From Atractiella rhizophila (Eukaryota): 64,000 bases of DNA. The DNA lies in the NCBI GenBank assembly GCA_021432655.1, contig MU271199.1, positions 62,001-126,000 of the forward strand, in the 5' to 3' direction. Numbering within the stretch: position 1 is the first letter of the stretch; every line of letters starts with the position of its first letter. Under the pieces are notes generated by a model. The model did not search any database. It was not told where the DNA came from and saw only the letters and a program-made list of their open reading frames with translations. The position numbers were made by a program, and so were the translations under genes. Of the stretch, positions 1 through 11,883 are shown in pieces.

Positions 1-13
1 ACGCTGCAAGAAT

Positions 14-736
14 TCAATCAATTATCTTGGTTAGCACGTTCAATTTGTCAAGCTTGGTTCCTGGCAGTCCTAAGAGATTTAACGGACTCGGTAGAAGTAT
101 ACTGTCTCTCTCGATAAGAATCACAACCATGACAAATCTAGCCACGGCCAGAAATAAGGTATCGACACTCACGGAGGGTGGGGCGGTGTAAGCTGGTAGG
201 TACTGAGGTAGCACGAGTTCTGGGCCATAAAATATCAGGCCATGTTCTGCACACTCCGATTAAATTATAAGTAAACCTCTTGTGGAATGACTGGCGCACC
301 AGCGGACCATTCGCATGCTTGCGTTGCAGCTCGTGAAACCGGATGGTGCAGTGTGTGCGACTGCGAGGGCATCTGTAGAAAGAGAGCGCGCAACTCATGC
401 CAGGTGATTAACCTGTCGCCCATCATCGCGCCGAGGCCATATTCGCATCTGCGCAAGACAAGTTGCTGGCCTGACAAAGCCGGGAGAGGGGAGGAAGCCA
501 CGAGATCAACTTCGTGAGGTGACGCTTCGCCGCTCACGCTCGCAGCAGTCTGAACAGGCTCTGATGAGTCGCATACTGACGAGGGTAAGGTGGCAGCAGT
601 CACTTCAGTAATGACTGAGGAGAATTAGTAACCAGACGATGGTTAATGGAGGTAAATGACACTTACCTTCTGGGGCCGAGGTAGATTGCCCCAGCTCATC
701 GCTGGAAGCTGATTCATTACTTGGCGAGGTACTCAT
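14..736 (-). CDS. Hypothetical spliced protein, S/P-rich N-terminus; may continue off the window edge
   Basis: ATG at 736 (MSTSPSNESASSDELGQSTSAPE) and a GTAAGT..CTCAG intron join in frame to ORF 265-603. No homology recognised. Confidence 0.35.
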
Positions 737-915
737 CCTCCGGGACTTTCAAAATGGTAGGTAACAACAAGAGAAAAATTGAGAAGAGAATTTGCAATTA
801 GGGTATTGGCCATAGAACAGGCCAATGATGGGAAGACCTGGAGGAGTTGTTGACAACCCTGACTGGTGCCTCGCCGCTTATATGCCCGTTTTTTCCCCAT
901 TTCTCCCCACAACCA

Positions 916-1707
916 TCCGATGCCATCGATGAGAATGTACTCAATTTGTTCGATTTGTACGGACAGAATTATCCAATAAAGACAGCTGACCAGGTCAGTG
1001 AATAGAAAATTTGGGATACGATCTAGGTAGAGAGCGACCGTTATGAGGAAGCTACGAACCTAGTATACGATTCTGCTAAAATATTTGTCAAGAACTGTGA
1101 AGGGTCTAATAGGTGTGTTCTGTCGCGACCGTCTGCACGCTGTGGACTAAGCGGGGCAGGACGTCTGCACGTTCACCAGCTACTAGGGCTGAGGGAAACA
1201 TTTAAAGGATGGCCGAGTTCGCGACCACTGAGAGATGGTCGATGGTCAACGAGTTGTTTGAACACAAAGCTTTTTGTATTCCATCCGAGACTCGCCGAAA
1301 GAAGGACAAATTGCCTCCAGCTGGGAAGCGAATGTAACATAACGGCTCCAATGAGCTCGGTGAGCATTCTTTCGAGCTGAAATCATCCTGTCCCTATCGT
1401 TTTAGACAGTATCATCTCCTCTCGAAGTTCTGTGTGCCAAAAGAAGGCTGAACTAGGGAATTTGGAACCTTTAGTGGAGCAGAGTTCAAACACTACTGAC
1501 CCAAACTGGTAGAATCATTACTGCAATGATAGGGCGTCGAGAGCGGATCTCAATGGATTCTACCTAAATGATTCGAGCGGGAGAACTACTTTTGTTCCCT
1601 GGGAGGCTCTTCATCAGTTTTTACTGAATCCTGAAAATACTTTGGATTTGCCGGATGACGACTTGATCAAAAGAGTGGCCTTTTATCTTCAACAGCAAGG
1701 TTCGTGA
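916..1707 (+). pseudogene. Decayed spliced coding relic of unknown family
   Basis: Removing three GT-AG introns gives one continuous frame (SDAIDENVLNLFDLYGQ...WEALHQFLLNPENTLDLPDDDLIKRVAFYLQQQGS*) interrupted by internal stops TAA, TAA and TAG. Confidence 0.4.
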
Positions 1708-2843
1708 TCTCTCTCTGCGCGAATCACGTGAAACAGAGCCATTCTGGCAGCGCAACCTGAGCAAAACAGCAGTATCACCAAATACTAGTCATTCTCGAAT
1801 GAATCGTAAAATTTGTACGGATGTCATGGACTTTTATCCTTCTTTTTCCCAGAAGAAGTTTGGGACTGACTGGTGAACGTGTACTTAATATCTCTTAATG
1901 AAAGAATCGGCTGATTGTTCCAATTACAATGATTGAAGTTGAAAAACTTCTACTCAACACCCCAACAATGTTCTACAGCCCTTGAGTCGTGCGATGGTGA
2001 AACATTTTAGCGACAGCAAGTTATCTAATAAACGAATAATAACGGTGAAAAGTCATTACCTGATTGCAAACTTTGCCAATAGGAACTATTTCAGGCACAA
2101 TAATTCTGGTGTCATAAACAAATGAACTCCTTCCTCTGGTCCATCTGGCCAACAGTACACGGGAAATCCTCAACACATCCTGAAAGGAGTCAACATGGGA
2201 CCTCTCCGTACACTTGATCTGTACGAGTATTGCCTCGATAAGACTCAGAAGCCATCTGGAAGCTGGAAGCGGACATAGACAGCGCTCAATATAAAACTCA
2301 ATATAAATTGATAAAGAATCAAATAAAAATCCTCAATTTATTTGTAATAATTCTATATCTATTCAAATATATGATTTTAAATGTATTGAACTTCTACAAC
2401 ACAAGAAATGCAATGTCTTTACGATGACACTGAATAGAACCAACAAATTGTCGAACCCACAAAGTGACGCCAAAATACTCAGTGCTCGCACCTTTTTCAC
2501 AAATGATGTCTGCCTCGAATCGCATCTGTTTCCCCTCTGCTCCATTCCACTCTGCTGTGTAACCAAGTGTGACCTTGCGTCTGGAAAGGGCGGAAAAGCT
2601 GGACCCGACAGAGGGACAAAACCAACATCTCTCCACTGATCCAAACTTGAAGCCTCACCATTTGATCTACATAACAGGAAAAAGCTGCTCTGGTCTCTAG
2701 AACATAGAAAAACTCCGCATCAACTCGTTGCTCTACAGTAATTCATCAAGGCTGCGTTATTTCATAAATTTCCATCTTTTCAACATCCTTCCAACGGAGC
2801 TTTAAGCACTTGCCATACACCGTTTCAAATCCTGTCGCATAGA

Positions 2844-4284
2844 ATGTCTCCAAAGCCAATCAATCCGGTTACCCTTGACTGTCACTCTTTTGTGGAAAGC
2901 GACATTGACCATCATGTCATAATCAATAAATCTAGCATTCTAGCTGTTGCAAAATCAGTCAGTCGTGCCTCACCTCACATCTCCCAGCCTGCGACTAATG
3001 GAAAAACACTGTACAGCTCTCAGAAAATGTATCCAAACTCCCTCCTTGGCATTCGGTCGATTTACATCCTGCTCCATCCATTCGTTCCGAAGAGTTCATG
3101 CTCTCATGGATCTTCCTCATCTCACTCCTTAACTTTTCATTTTGGCCTGAGGACGAAGAAACGCCATTTGGCGTGGAATGGTGGGATGAGATGGATGGAA
3201 CTGCCGCAAGTTCTGAGGGAACTGATCACGAAAGGCGACGGGTCCTTTGGACGGGATACAAGAGTCTGCCCGCTCTCATTAATCGTCCGTCTTCCATCTT
3301 CTAAACCACCAGCTTTGTACATATTGAGTCAAACTAGGTGCACTGGAATCTGGAATCGACATCCTCTCTCCTTCAACATGGGTCTCCCTTACCGATTCAC
3401 AATACGACGACATTTTCCGTTCCTCAACCGAGTCATCTATACCACTCTATTCTCTCCGCGTTCAAATCATGCGTGATTCAGGCCGCATCCTGTTGTCCGT
3501 TATTTATTTTGTGATACCTTTTCACCTAAACTTAAAAGCCATAGACAGCCTCCTTTCAACGGATCAGTCGTGACCTTAGTCGGCCAAGCGCAACACTCAG
3601 CACTGAAGCTCGTGGAAAGTGTGGCCACAACTTTTCCTTCTATGGACGATAAATCTGTTGTTAAATTCCGACCGATCAATGGACATACAAGAAGACGATC
3701 GCGGTCCTCAGGAGAAGCTCCTCACGCTGTAAGCCGTAAGTATGCCTGTGTCCATGCGGAACTTATTTCGCTGTCATAGTCTGGACAGTTCGACGAGTCG
3801 CGTGAGATCAAGATTCGGAAGCGAGCACAAATATTTGTTGCTGAGCTATGGGCAGCATTCGAGGGCAATGGAATCGGGCGATTTGAAGATATTGATTCCT
3901 TGACTTGTTTTGCAGGTGCGTCCTCATTGCTCTGCTCTCTAATGTTCGCGATGAAAGTTGAGGAATTTCACACCAGATTATCGAATACCGCAGATTCTTC
4001 AATCACCTTCGTTCTCCATCCTCTCCTACTCCCCTCAGCTCCTCTCACTCCTCCGCTCGAAGACACATCTAAAAAACGGCTCAGTAGAAGAAGTAGCGAT
4101 CAGAGCCAATACAATTGTTGCTGTCGACCTATTGGTCAAGGAGATGCGGAGAATTGGGAGTGGAGAGGGCATCAACGCCGTTAAGGTTGACTTCTGGCTT
4201 TGGGAGGAGGCGAAACGGAGGGAGAACACGAAGGGAGACGCGGCGATGGACGAGTTCCACAGAACGCGGAGTTGCTTTTACTAG
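2844..4284 (+). CDS. QNG1: Queuosine salvage protein / Q-nucleotide N-glycosylase (DUF2419, C9orf64 family), 6 exons
   Basis: Spliced product has LLNFSFW, KRAQIFVAELW, FADYRIPQIL, EEVAIR, VDFWLW and C-terminal FHRTRSCFY motifs. Confidence 0.9.
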
Positions 4285-4425
4285 ATTCACGCCGTTAGGG
4301 TGTCTTTTCACTAAAAGTATTTAGAATAATCGATGCTGGATTGAAACTAAGTTCGTGACGGAAAAACGAAGGAACAAGGTACAACGAAATGCAAATATGA
4401 ACGTTTCTAACCTCCACGTCATCTA

Positions 4426-6143
4426 CTATCGACCTAATAGTCCACCTTCTCTTCTTGCAAACAAATAGGTCGCACCGCCAACGAGGAAAGAGCCTACGAC
4501 AACTCCTGCCTTCAACTCCCTCCCCCACCAGCCTACCTCCACAGCAAAGCTGAGTAAAATACTACAACTCGTGGCGAATCCTTTTGCAATGTTATCTGCG
4601 TGTAACATGACAAGAGCATTCAGCAGACCTCCAATGATTTGGAGGAACACAACAAAGTAAACGAGAGGGGTGAAGTTTTCAAGTATGTTGTGTGGCGAGA
4701 GAGGAGTGAGAAAAGATGCGACTGGATCGATGGGGATTGCGGTGACGTTGGGTGGTTGGGATGGAGTAGAGGGATCCATGAAATTCGCTGCCCAGAGGAA
4801 GTTCTGGGCCATCGTATCTTTCGAACTCTCGAATACAACAATCAAAAGGCCCATGACTAGTCCGAACGTTGACAGCTGGATGTTCCGGATCCATAAACTA
4901 GGTGGAGGGGACGGTCTTCTCGGCTCAGTTAGCGACGTAGGGGGAGACGAAGGATCGGTATCGTTGTTTTCGCCCTGTGCAATGGAAGGGGTGGCTTTGG
5001 AAGCCGGTTCCTGGTTTCCGGTCTTCAACTTTTTTTCAAAGTAGACGCTCGCGAATCCACTGCTGAAACAAGCAAGGATGACGGCAAGGAGACCAATGAG
5101 CTGATTCATGTCTCCCTCTTGGTATTGTATTTGAAGTTCTGCTGAATCTTTGCCCAAGGTTGGGAACTTGAATGATGCTTTCTCTGTTGCAAGTGGGGCG
5201 GCGATAGCCTTTGTTGTTGGAGAAGAATCGGAGGTGGATGTGGGAATGGATGAAATTTGCACGAGCGCGACTCCGAACGTGAGAATGAAGAGAGAGAGCC
5301 ACTGGTGGACGTAGAGAGCGCGGTGGAGGATGAGGACGGAGCAGAGGGCAGTTGTTAAAATCTATCTCGATCCATCCAACGATCAGCAAAAGACCAACCT
5401 GGGGCCACAAAGGAGAGTGGATGAGAGAGACTAACCTTCAGTTGATAAGTTATCTGGAAGACTGCAACAGAAAGATTCTCCGATGCGACATATTGGAGGT
5501 TGTTCTGGACAACAAACATGACAGCCGGAATGGCAAGCTTATACCAACCTTTTTCGAAAACCTCCGCCTTCAACCTCTCCCACATGTTCTGCTCCCAATC
5601 TGAACTTCCCATCGTCCCAAAACTCCTTGCGCTCCCAGTCGACCGAGTACTCCGATGGGAACTTTCTGAACGTAAGGGGGAGAGAGGGATGGCCACAGAA
5701 ATTGAAGTCGACCTCCCATGAGCATGATTCTTGATGGGTAGGGGTCTAGAATTAGCAAAGCTGTTCGAAGGGTCTTCCATCCTGACGGTCACCGAGCTCC
5801 TCTGCCTCACATGTCCCAGTCCATTCGCCTTCGTTCTCGAGTTCGAACTTGAGTGCCGCTCTTCTGCGTCCTCCTCTGTATCATCAAACAGTACCTCTCC
5901 TTCTCTCTCCTCCTGCTGGCCAATCAAGAAATACCGCTCCTTCCTCTTCTTGTGGATATCCCTCACCGCCATAACGAGAGACAGGGTCAGCTTTCCCAGT
6001 TCTGTGAGCACGACGGCGCTTGAGGCCTTGTAAGTTTTATCAGGAGGAATGTGCGTCCTGGAGTAGTGCATGACTGCAGAGAGAACGGAATAGTGAACGC
6101 ATAGTGAGACGAGGGAGAGCGCGCGAGGTGTCAGGGTTGGCAT
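4426..6143 (-). CDS. Nucleotide-sugar transporter (UDP-galactose / SLC35A family)
   Basis: Motifs AVVLTELGK, LAIPAVMFVVQNNLQY, FQITYQLK|ILTTA, SGFASVYFEK, SLWIRNIQLS and ADNIAKGFATS; multiple TM segments; one GT-AG intron. Confidence 0.9.
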
Positions 6144-6640
6144 GGAGCATGGGCGTGGTTGGGAGGGTCGAAAGGGGTATCACTGAGGCTGGTAAGAGAG
6201 CGAGAGCGCTATATGAGGCCGTGATGAGGTTGGTTGGATGCCGTGAAGCCTTAGGAAGAGTAAAAAAAGATATGCGTTCGCGGTGTTTTAGGTCACCCGT
6301 GAATAGCACATTGTCAAATCTTATACAACAAGGAACTTTTGTTCGTTTCAATTCGGGTCCGATTTGGCGACTCACTTCTTTTGAATGAAATCGATAAAGG
6401 GCTGTGTTATTGCGCAGGATTTGTGTGAAACCGTTGATTGATTGAGAGAGACTGCCGTATATTCAAAGCACATCAACTATAGAAACACAAAGACATAAGA
6501 CGAGTCTTCAGTGAAGCTAACATGAAATCGCGAAACATTTGATCAAAATGTACACCTTCCTGTTCAGAGAACATTTGTACAACAAAGCCCCAAGCGTCAA
6601 CTTATCCTGCAGCGATCCTAAATTCAAGCAAATCAAGAAC

Positions 6641-8756
6641 TCAAAAGAAACGGTCATCTCCACCTCTTCCTCCCAGTCTAATCCTCACCTCCTTCTCCCT
6701 ATCAAAGTCGATCTCCACCTTAGTACTCGACTCTTCATCCCTCTTCGGCTCTTCTACGCTCTTCACCACCCCAGCACCCTTGACCAACCGCTTGAACACG
6801 CCACCAGCTAGACCACCAAGAACTATCTTCCTCCTTTGAGGAGGCTGGAGCGACTGCTCTTTCTTCTTCACTTTCGGAATCCTCACTCCAGGTTTCGGAT
6901 CAGCATCCACAGTCAAACTGCGAGGTTCAGCCGTTGGCGTGACCATGAGTGGTTTCGCTTTCAAGGAGTTCTTCCTCTCCACTGCTGGCCGTAACCAATC
7001 GTCGAGAGAAGGAAGCGCTTCCTCCTCGTCTGAGAACAGTTCGACTTCCTCTGCCCAGTCAAACGACTTTGGCGGCGGTAACGGTGCACGCAGAGACGAC
7101 CTCTTGCGGATTGGAGTAGGACGCGGAGGAGGCGAGGGGAGGGGGAGCGCAACAGGCGATGGAGAACTAGATAGAGTAGTGGACAGGGGGAGGAAGTTTT
7201 TGCCGTCCTCGAAGGTGATAGGTGTCGTACTTGCCTCCAGCTCCGTCATTGTACTCGGCACTCCGACCTCCTCCTTCACCTGAAGCGGCAGATTCGAAAC
7301 AAGAGAGTTCCTGTTGTTATTCTCTTTGTCCACCTCATCCTCATCTACGCTTGTCGCCTCCGTCTCCAAAGATACTGAACCTTCTCTCCATGCTTCTCGC
7401 TTCTCCTCCGAGCGAGAAGTGCTACTTCGACTCTCCAAGCTTCCAATCGAGCTCGACCTCTTCGGCAGTTCCTTCACTTCGGTAGGAGACGGTAGATTTG
7501 GTGCAGTTGCCACTGGGGATGGAAGCGTATCGTGAACACGATGCCCAACAGAATCTCGACGCTTTCCTCGCTTCCTAGTTTTTGTACGGAGAGTGGCAAG
7601 CTGAGGAGGAGTCAGCGTGGCCGCATTGTCTGAAACATCCTGTGATACAGGTCGTTTTTGGGGGATGGAAGCATTGGGAGGAGTTGGCAACTCTGACATC
7701 GCAGGCGGGGGCGGAGGAGGATCCACAACTGCCGTGAGCGAAGTTATGTTATCCTCTACCTGCCGCTTCTGTGCCGTCAACAGTGGAGGTTTAATGGAGA
7801 CAGAAGGTTTGGACTCCTCCATCTCCTTCCGATTAGAGAGTCGAGTGGGACTCGAAGGCGGTGATCGGGGAACAAAGGCCGGAATCTTGGGATCGAAAGT
7901 GGTCGATGACGATATTGGGAGGGGCGCGGTAGGAAGAAATGCGGGACGCGAGGGATTGAGCTTGAAAGACGTGGGTAGAGGAGGAGAAGGCGTTGACGTC
8001 TCAACACTATTTGTTGCCGCCAGAGAATTGGACTGCACCTTTTCTTCAGTGCCTTTTCCATCACTCTTCTTCTCTCTCTCGGGTGAGGCAGGGACAGGAG
8101 AAGATTCTCGCGATACTCGGATTCTGGCGAGGAGATCGTCAAATTTTGACATGGAAGGTGAAGTCGAGGTGGACGATGCTGGCAGTTTCGTGGGAGTTAA
8201 GAGTTGTTGCGAGGACCTGGGTAACGGTTTCGTGAGGTGCTCCGGAATGGTCTGCTTCGATTTGTGGGCCATCGACCCGAGAAACTCGTTCAAATTTGGC
8301 TAGCATTTCATCCCCATGAATCCTCTTCCGCAAAAGCGTGAAGAGTGCTCACCGGGGGCTTAACCGCTGTAGAATGCATCTCATGCAACCTTTGCCAGCT
8401 CAACCAATCGCCTGTTAATCTTTCAACCTCTCCTCCTTCCACTACCTCTCCAGGTCTCAGCTTGATAGCTTTCCCACGAAAAACAGCTTTCAGTCGTTCG
8501 ATAATCGGGAACTCGATCTGCCCTCGGTGAATTCGAAAGGGCATTCGGAGGGTGTGACCGTCTGTGTCTGTGGGGGCGAGGGGGGAAGTTGTGGTGTCCC
8601 AAACATGGGTTAAGAACGCCTGACCAGTAGGTAAACATGTTTGCCCCTGTTTACTCGGCAAAGAAAACACGAAAGCCGCACCTTTGACGCATATCTCTCC
8701 TCAAATCTAATATATTTTCGATTGCCGACGTTGAAATAAGTTACGACTTCCGCCAT
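6641..8756 (-). CDS. Hypothetical protein: small globular N-terminus plus long P/S-rich disordered region
   Basis: The 550-aa ORF joins in frame through two GT-AG introns to ATG 8756 (MAEVVTYFNVGNRKY). Confidence 0.65.
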
Positions 8757-9043
8757 TTCCCCCACAAGCCTCCTTATCAGTCAAGTTTTGACTTCGATGT
8801 AACCGGACCAAGCTATGACGGTGAGTGCGCAATAATGATGAGCTTATAGCAGCAATAAGTATGATTAGAGATAAAATACGTTGAGAAAATAGGTCTGTTG
8901 GTTGTTTGGTTGTTCGTACACAGTTCCTTGTTGCAACAAGGTTGAAGTACTATGCTTCGGCTCCGCGACAGGAAATACCGACAGACTCTTTCGCCACCCA
9001 CAAAAGTAACGTGCACGACCATTAAACGAGATATTGGCGCGAG

Positions 9044-9463
9044 ATGTCAACTAAGGCTTCTACTCCAGAGCTGAAGAAGGTGTGTCCTATGTATTGGACT
9101 CTCTGCACATATCTGACCGTCTATGGAACTAGTACATGGACAAACGGCTGTTCATCAATCTGCAAGGAAACAGGAAGGTCTCTGGAGTGCTTAGAGGTTT
9201 TGACATCTTCCTCAATCTCGTACTCGATGAAGCAAAGGAAGAAACCCCAGGGAGTGGAGCGGAGAAAAAAAATATCGGAACCGTGGTACGTCTTTTCTCT
9301 CCTCAATGGGGATGCTATGGTTTGGCGTACAATCGAGCCTCGAGTCTGTTAAGCACGCTCTTCGCCACGTATAACACGTACTGATCCTGCTTTGATGCCA
9401 CTTATCCAGGTCGTACGAGGTAATTCGATAACGTCCATCGAAACATTGGAAGCCATGCGATGA
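9044..9463 (+). CDS. SMX2: Small nuclear ribonucleoprotein SmG
   Basis: MSTKASTPELKK|YMDKRLFINLQGNRKVSGVLRGFDIFLNLVLDEA...|VVRGNSITSIETLE; Sm1 and Sm2 motifs. Confidence 0.95.
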
Positions 9464-10051
9464 TCGGAAACTTTTGATCTCTTCCTCCTTCGCCCAAAAT
9501 GTTGTGCGCAATCCTTCAGTATTCCAGCGACTCTCCAATCTCCAAGTCTGTCTCTCCCAATCTGGACGTGGCTCTTGCACACCCTCCCAATATTCAAAGG
9601 TTTTCTAAAGGTTCTTTTTCGAATGTGATGAGCTGTTGCGAGACAAAAAGGAACGGCCCGGATAAGTATCATGTTAAGGTGCGCGAATCGAGCTGTCAGC
9701 GTGTCATATGCTCTCCTTGCAATGCCGTTTCTTTGCATTATCAACTCGCACGCCTCAAATTGTGCTCTACCATGAAATCGCGTCCGATCTATCCCTATCA
9801 TTCCTAGGAATATTTGACACATCCTGTGTGCCTTCTGTATGCAAATTCGACCCATTAAACAGGAAGGAAAGGTAATTGCTCATACCAGGACACGCAAAGG
9901 TCTGAATCTTGGCCCCAAGAGGGGTACAAACCTCTCTTGTTCTTGACCAAGTTGTTTATGTGGTCCAGGTTTGGTCGCTGCTTCTTGAACGCCTTTGAAG
10001 GGTCTTCACCAGCCACGTCTGTGCTGTCTATATTCTTAAACACGCGTGAAA

Positions 10052-11562
10052 ATGACCAAGAAATCCGCTGAGAATGAGTACCTTGCGCAGAGAGCGCGAA
10101 ACATTGCCGCTCAAGAAGCCATGCTGTGAGCCCATTTGCCTCGTAGTCTCGTCTCGTGTGTTGCCTCACAAGCTCCACAGCAAAGAGCTCATGGGTTCTC
10201 TTCCAATGTCATTCGTGAAAATATCAAAACCTGTTACACCAACCGCAACATCGACCAAAGAGGAAGGTGGAGAGTTAGAGGAGGCTCAAAAGAAGAAGAA
10301 CCGCAAGAAGCGAACGTTGGAAGAGACTACGGACGACTCCAATAAGGTAGCCAAGGTTGGGGATGGCGAGAGAAGGTATAGTTTGAGGAATAGAGATCAA
10401 CTGAAGGCAAAGAAGGAGGAGAACGAGAGGAAAGCTGCGGCATCTTCGGCTGACGATTTCGTAGTATCGGATGAAGATGAAGGAGGAACTGCAAATGGAG
10501 GCCAGAGATTACAATCTCGACTCAAGGCGGACAAGAACAGGAATCCGAAGGCTCGTCATTTATATCGTCGGACTTGCTTTGCTCACCTGTCCGCGTAGGT
10601 CTTTGGGCATATTCCGGGAATCGAAGTTGGAAGGACTTTTGCCGGAAGAATGGAAGCCAGTCAACTCTCCGTCCATGGGTAAGAACACATTCTAGTTTGG
10701 AATTTCGCCTATCTTGATGGATCTTATTCGTCAGACCCGTCGTGGCAGGCATTTCTGGGCACGAAACGAAAGGCGTATGGAGCGTGTCTTTGGCAGGTGG
10801 CTACGAGGATGATATTGACCTTGGATATTCGTGAGCAAGCTCTCTGCTCTCGCTCTGTTTCTCACAACAAAGCAGGTTTACCTTCACAGGTAGAGCCTCC
10901 AACTTTCCCAAATATGGTCTGCAAACTCAATCCGACTGTAGGTTCAGGCGGACGGGATCTTAAAGGTACAAAAGCGAACCCTAAGGTATTGTGCCATCAT
11001 ATCAAAATATACGCATCTTGAGTGACCAAATCACAGAATCTGAGGACCGCGCCTCAGACAATGGACCAAGTAAGCTTGCTGCCGCTGGTCATAGCGAAGG
11101 CTAACTTGAGATGCCTTTTAGGAATTCACCAAAATGAACCTCGCGTTAAAGGCACGTGTTCCCTCTATCCCTTCGTCATTACGACTCTGATTGCACATTA
11201 CAGAGATCGGTTGAGACTGGCAAACCGATTCGCGTTTTGAGAGGTTTCAAAGGCCACTCTCCCTGGGCTCCTGAAACGGGCTATAGGCATGGAATTTTTC
11301 ACATCTCATCTCCTTATACAACCTGAGTCCCTGTTTACAGGTACGACGGGTTGTATGTGTGCAAGAAAGCATGGATGGAAAAGGGAAAAGCGGGTTTCAA
11401 CGTCTGTAGGGTACGTTTTCTTCCACGTTCTTTGCCTAGACAATCGCTCAAGCTCAGAATCAATAGTATGCGCTCGTGCGCCTCGAGGGACAACCTCCCC
11501 TTTCCATTCGAGAGGGAAGAGAAGCGGAAGTGGAGGCTCTGGGGATGACTCCAGCCACCTGA
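10052..11562 (+). CDS. Stand-alone SRA/YDG-domain protein (UHRF1-like methyl-DNA reader), about 11 exons
   Basis: Spliced product has VFGHIPGIEVG, VAGISG, SVSLAGGYEDDIDLG, FTGSGGRDLKG, NLALKRS, PIRVLRG, APETGYRYDGLY and GQPPLP. Confidence 0.9.
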
Positions 11563-11883
11563 TATGTTGTGACCGGCAGGAGCGTTATTCAAACAAAAAA
11601 CCATTGGAGTTCCAACATCTTGGTTTCTTTCGTAGTTTTGTCACAGCTTTTGTTTGTTGCTTTATCCATGTCAGTGTCAGTTCAATGTTCAACAGGATTC
11701 GTGACATTATTCTTTGCTCACTCTTCAACTCTACCCTTAAAAGTCATTTCTTGTTTCTTAATTCCCAAAGTACCGAGCTAGAGCTAAAATTATGCGACTG
11801 GTGTCTGTTCACATTGGATTATGCAAAGTATCTTAAGGATAAGAGAGAAACGAAGCGCCGGTTGCCTCGGTGAAACCTTCTAA

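Noticed and set aside
7617..8303. Long antisense ORFs (also 55566-56198 and 45454-46068)
   Set aside because: They lie opposite clear coding exons and have no independent protein features.
9349..10178. Minus-strand ORFs between SmG and the SRA gene
   Set aside because: No recognisable motifs or coherent exon structure, and they overlap neighbouring genes.
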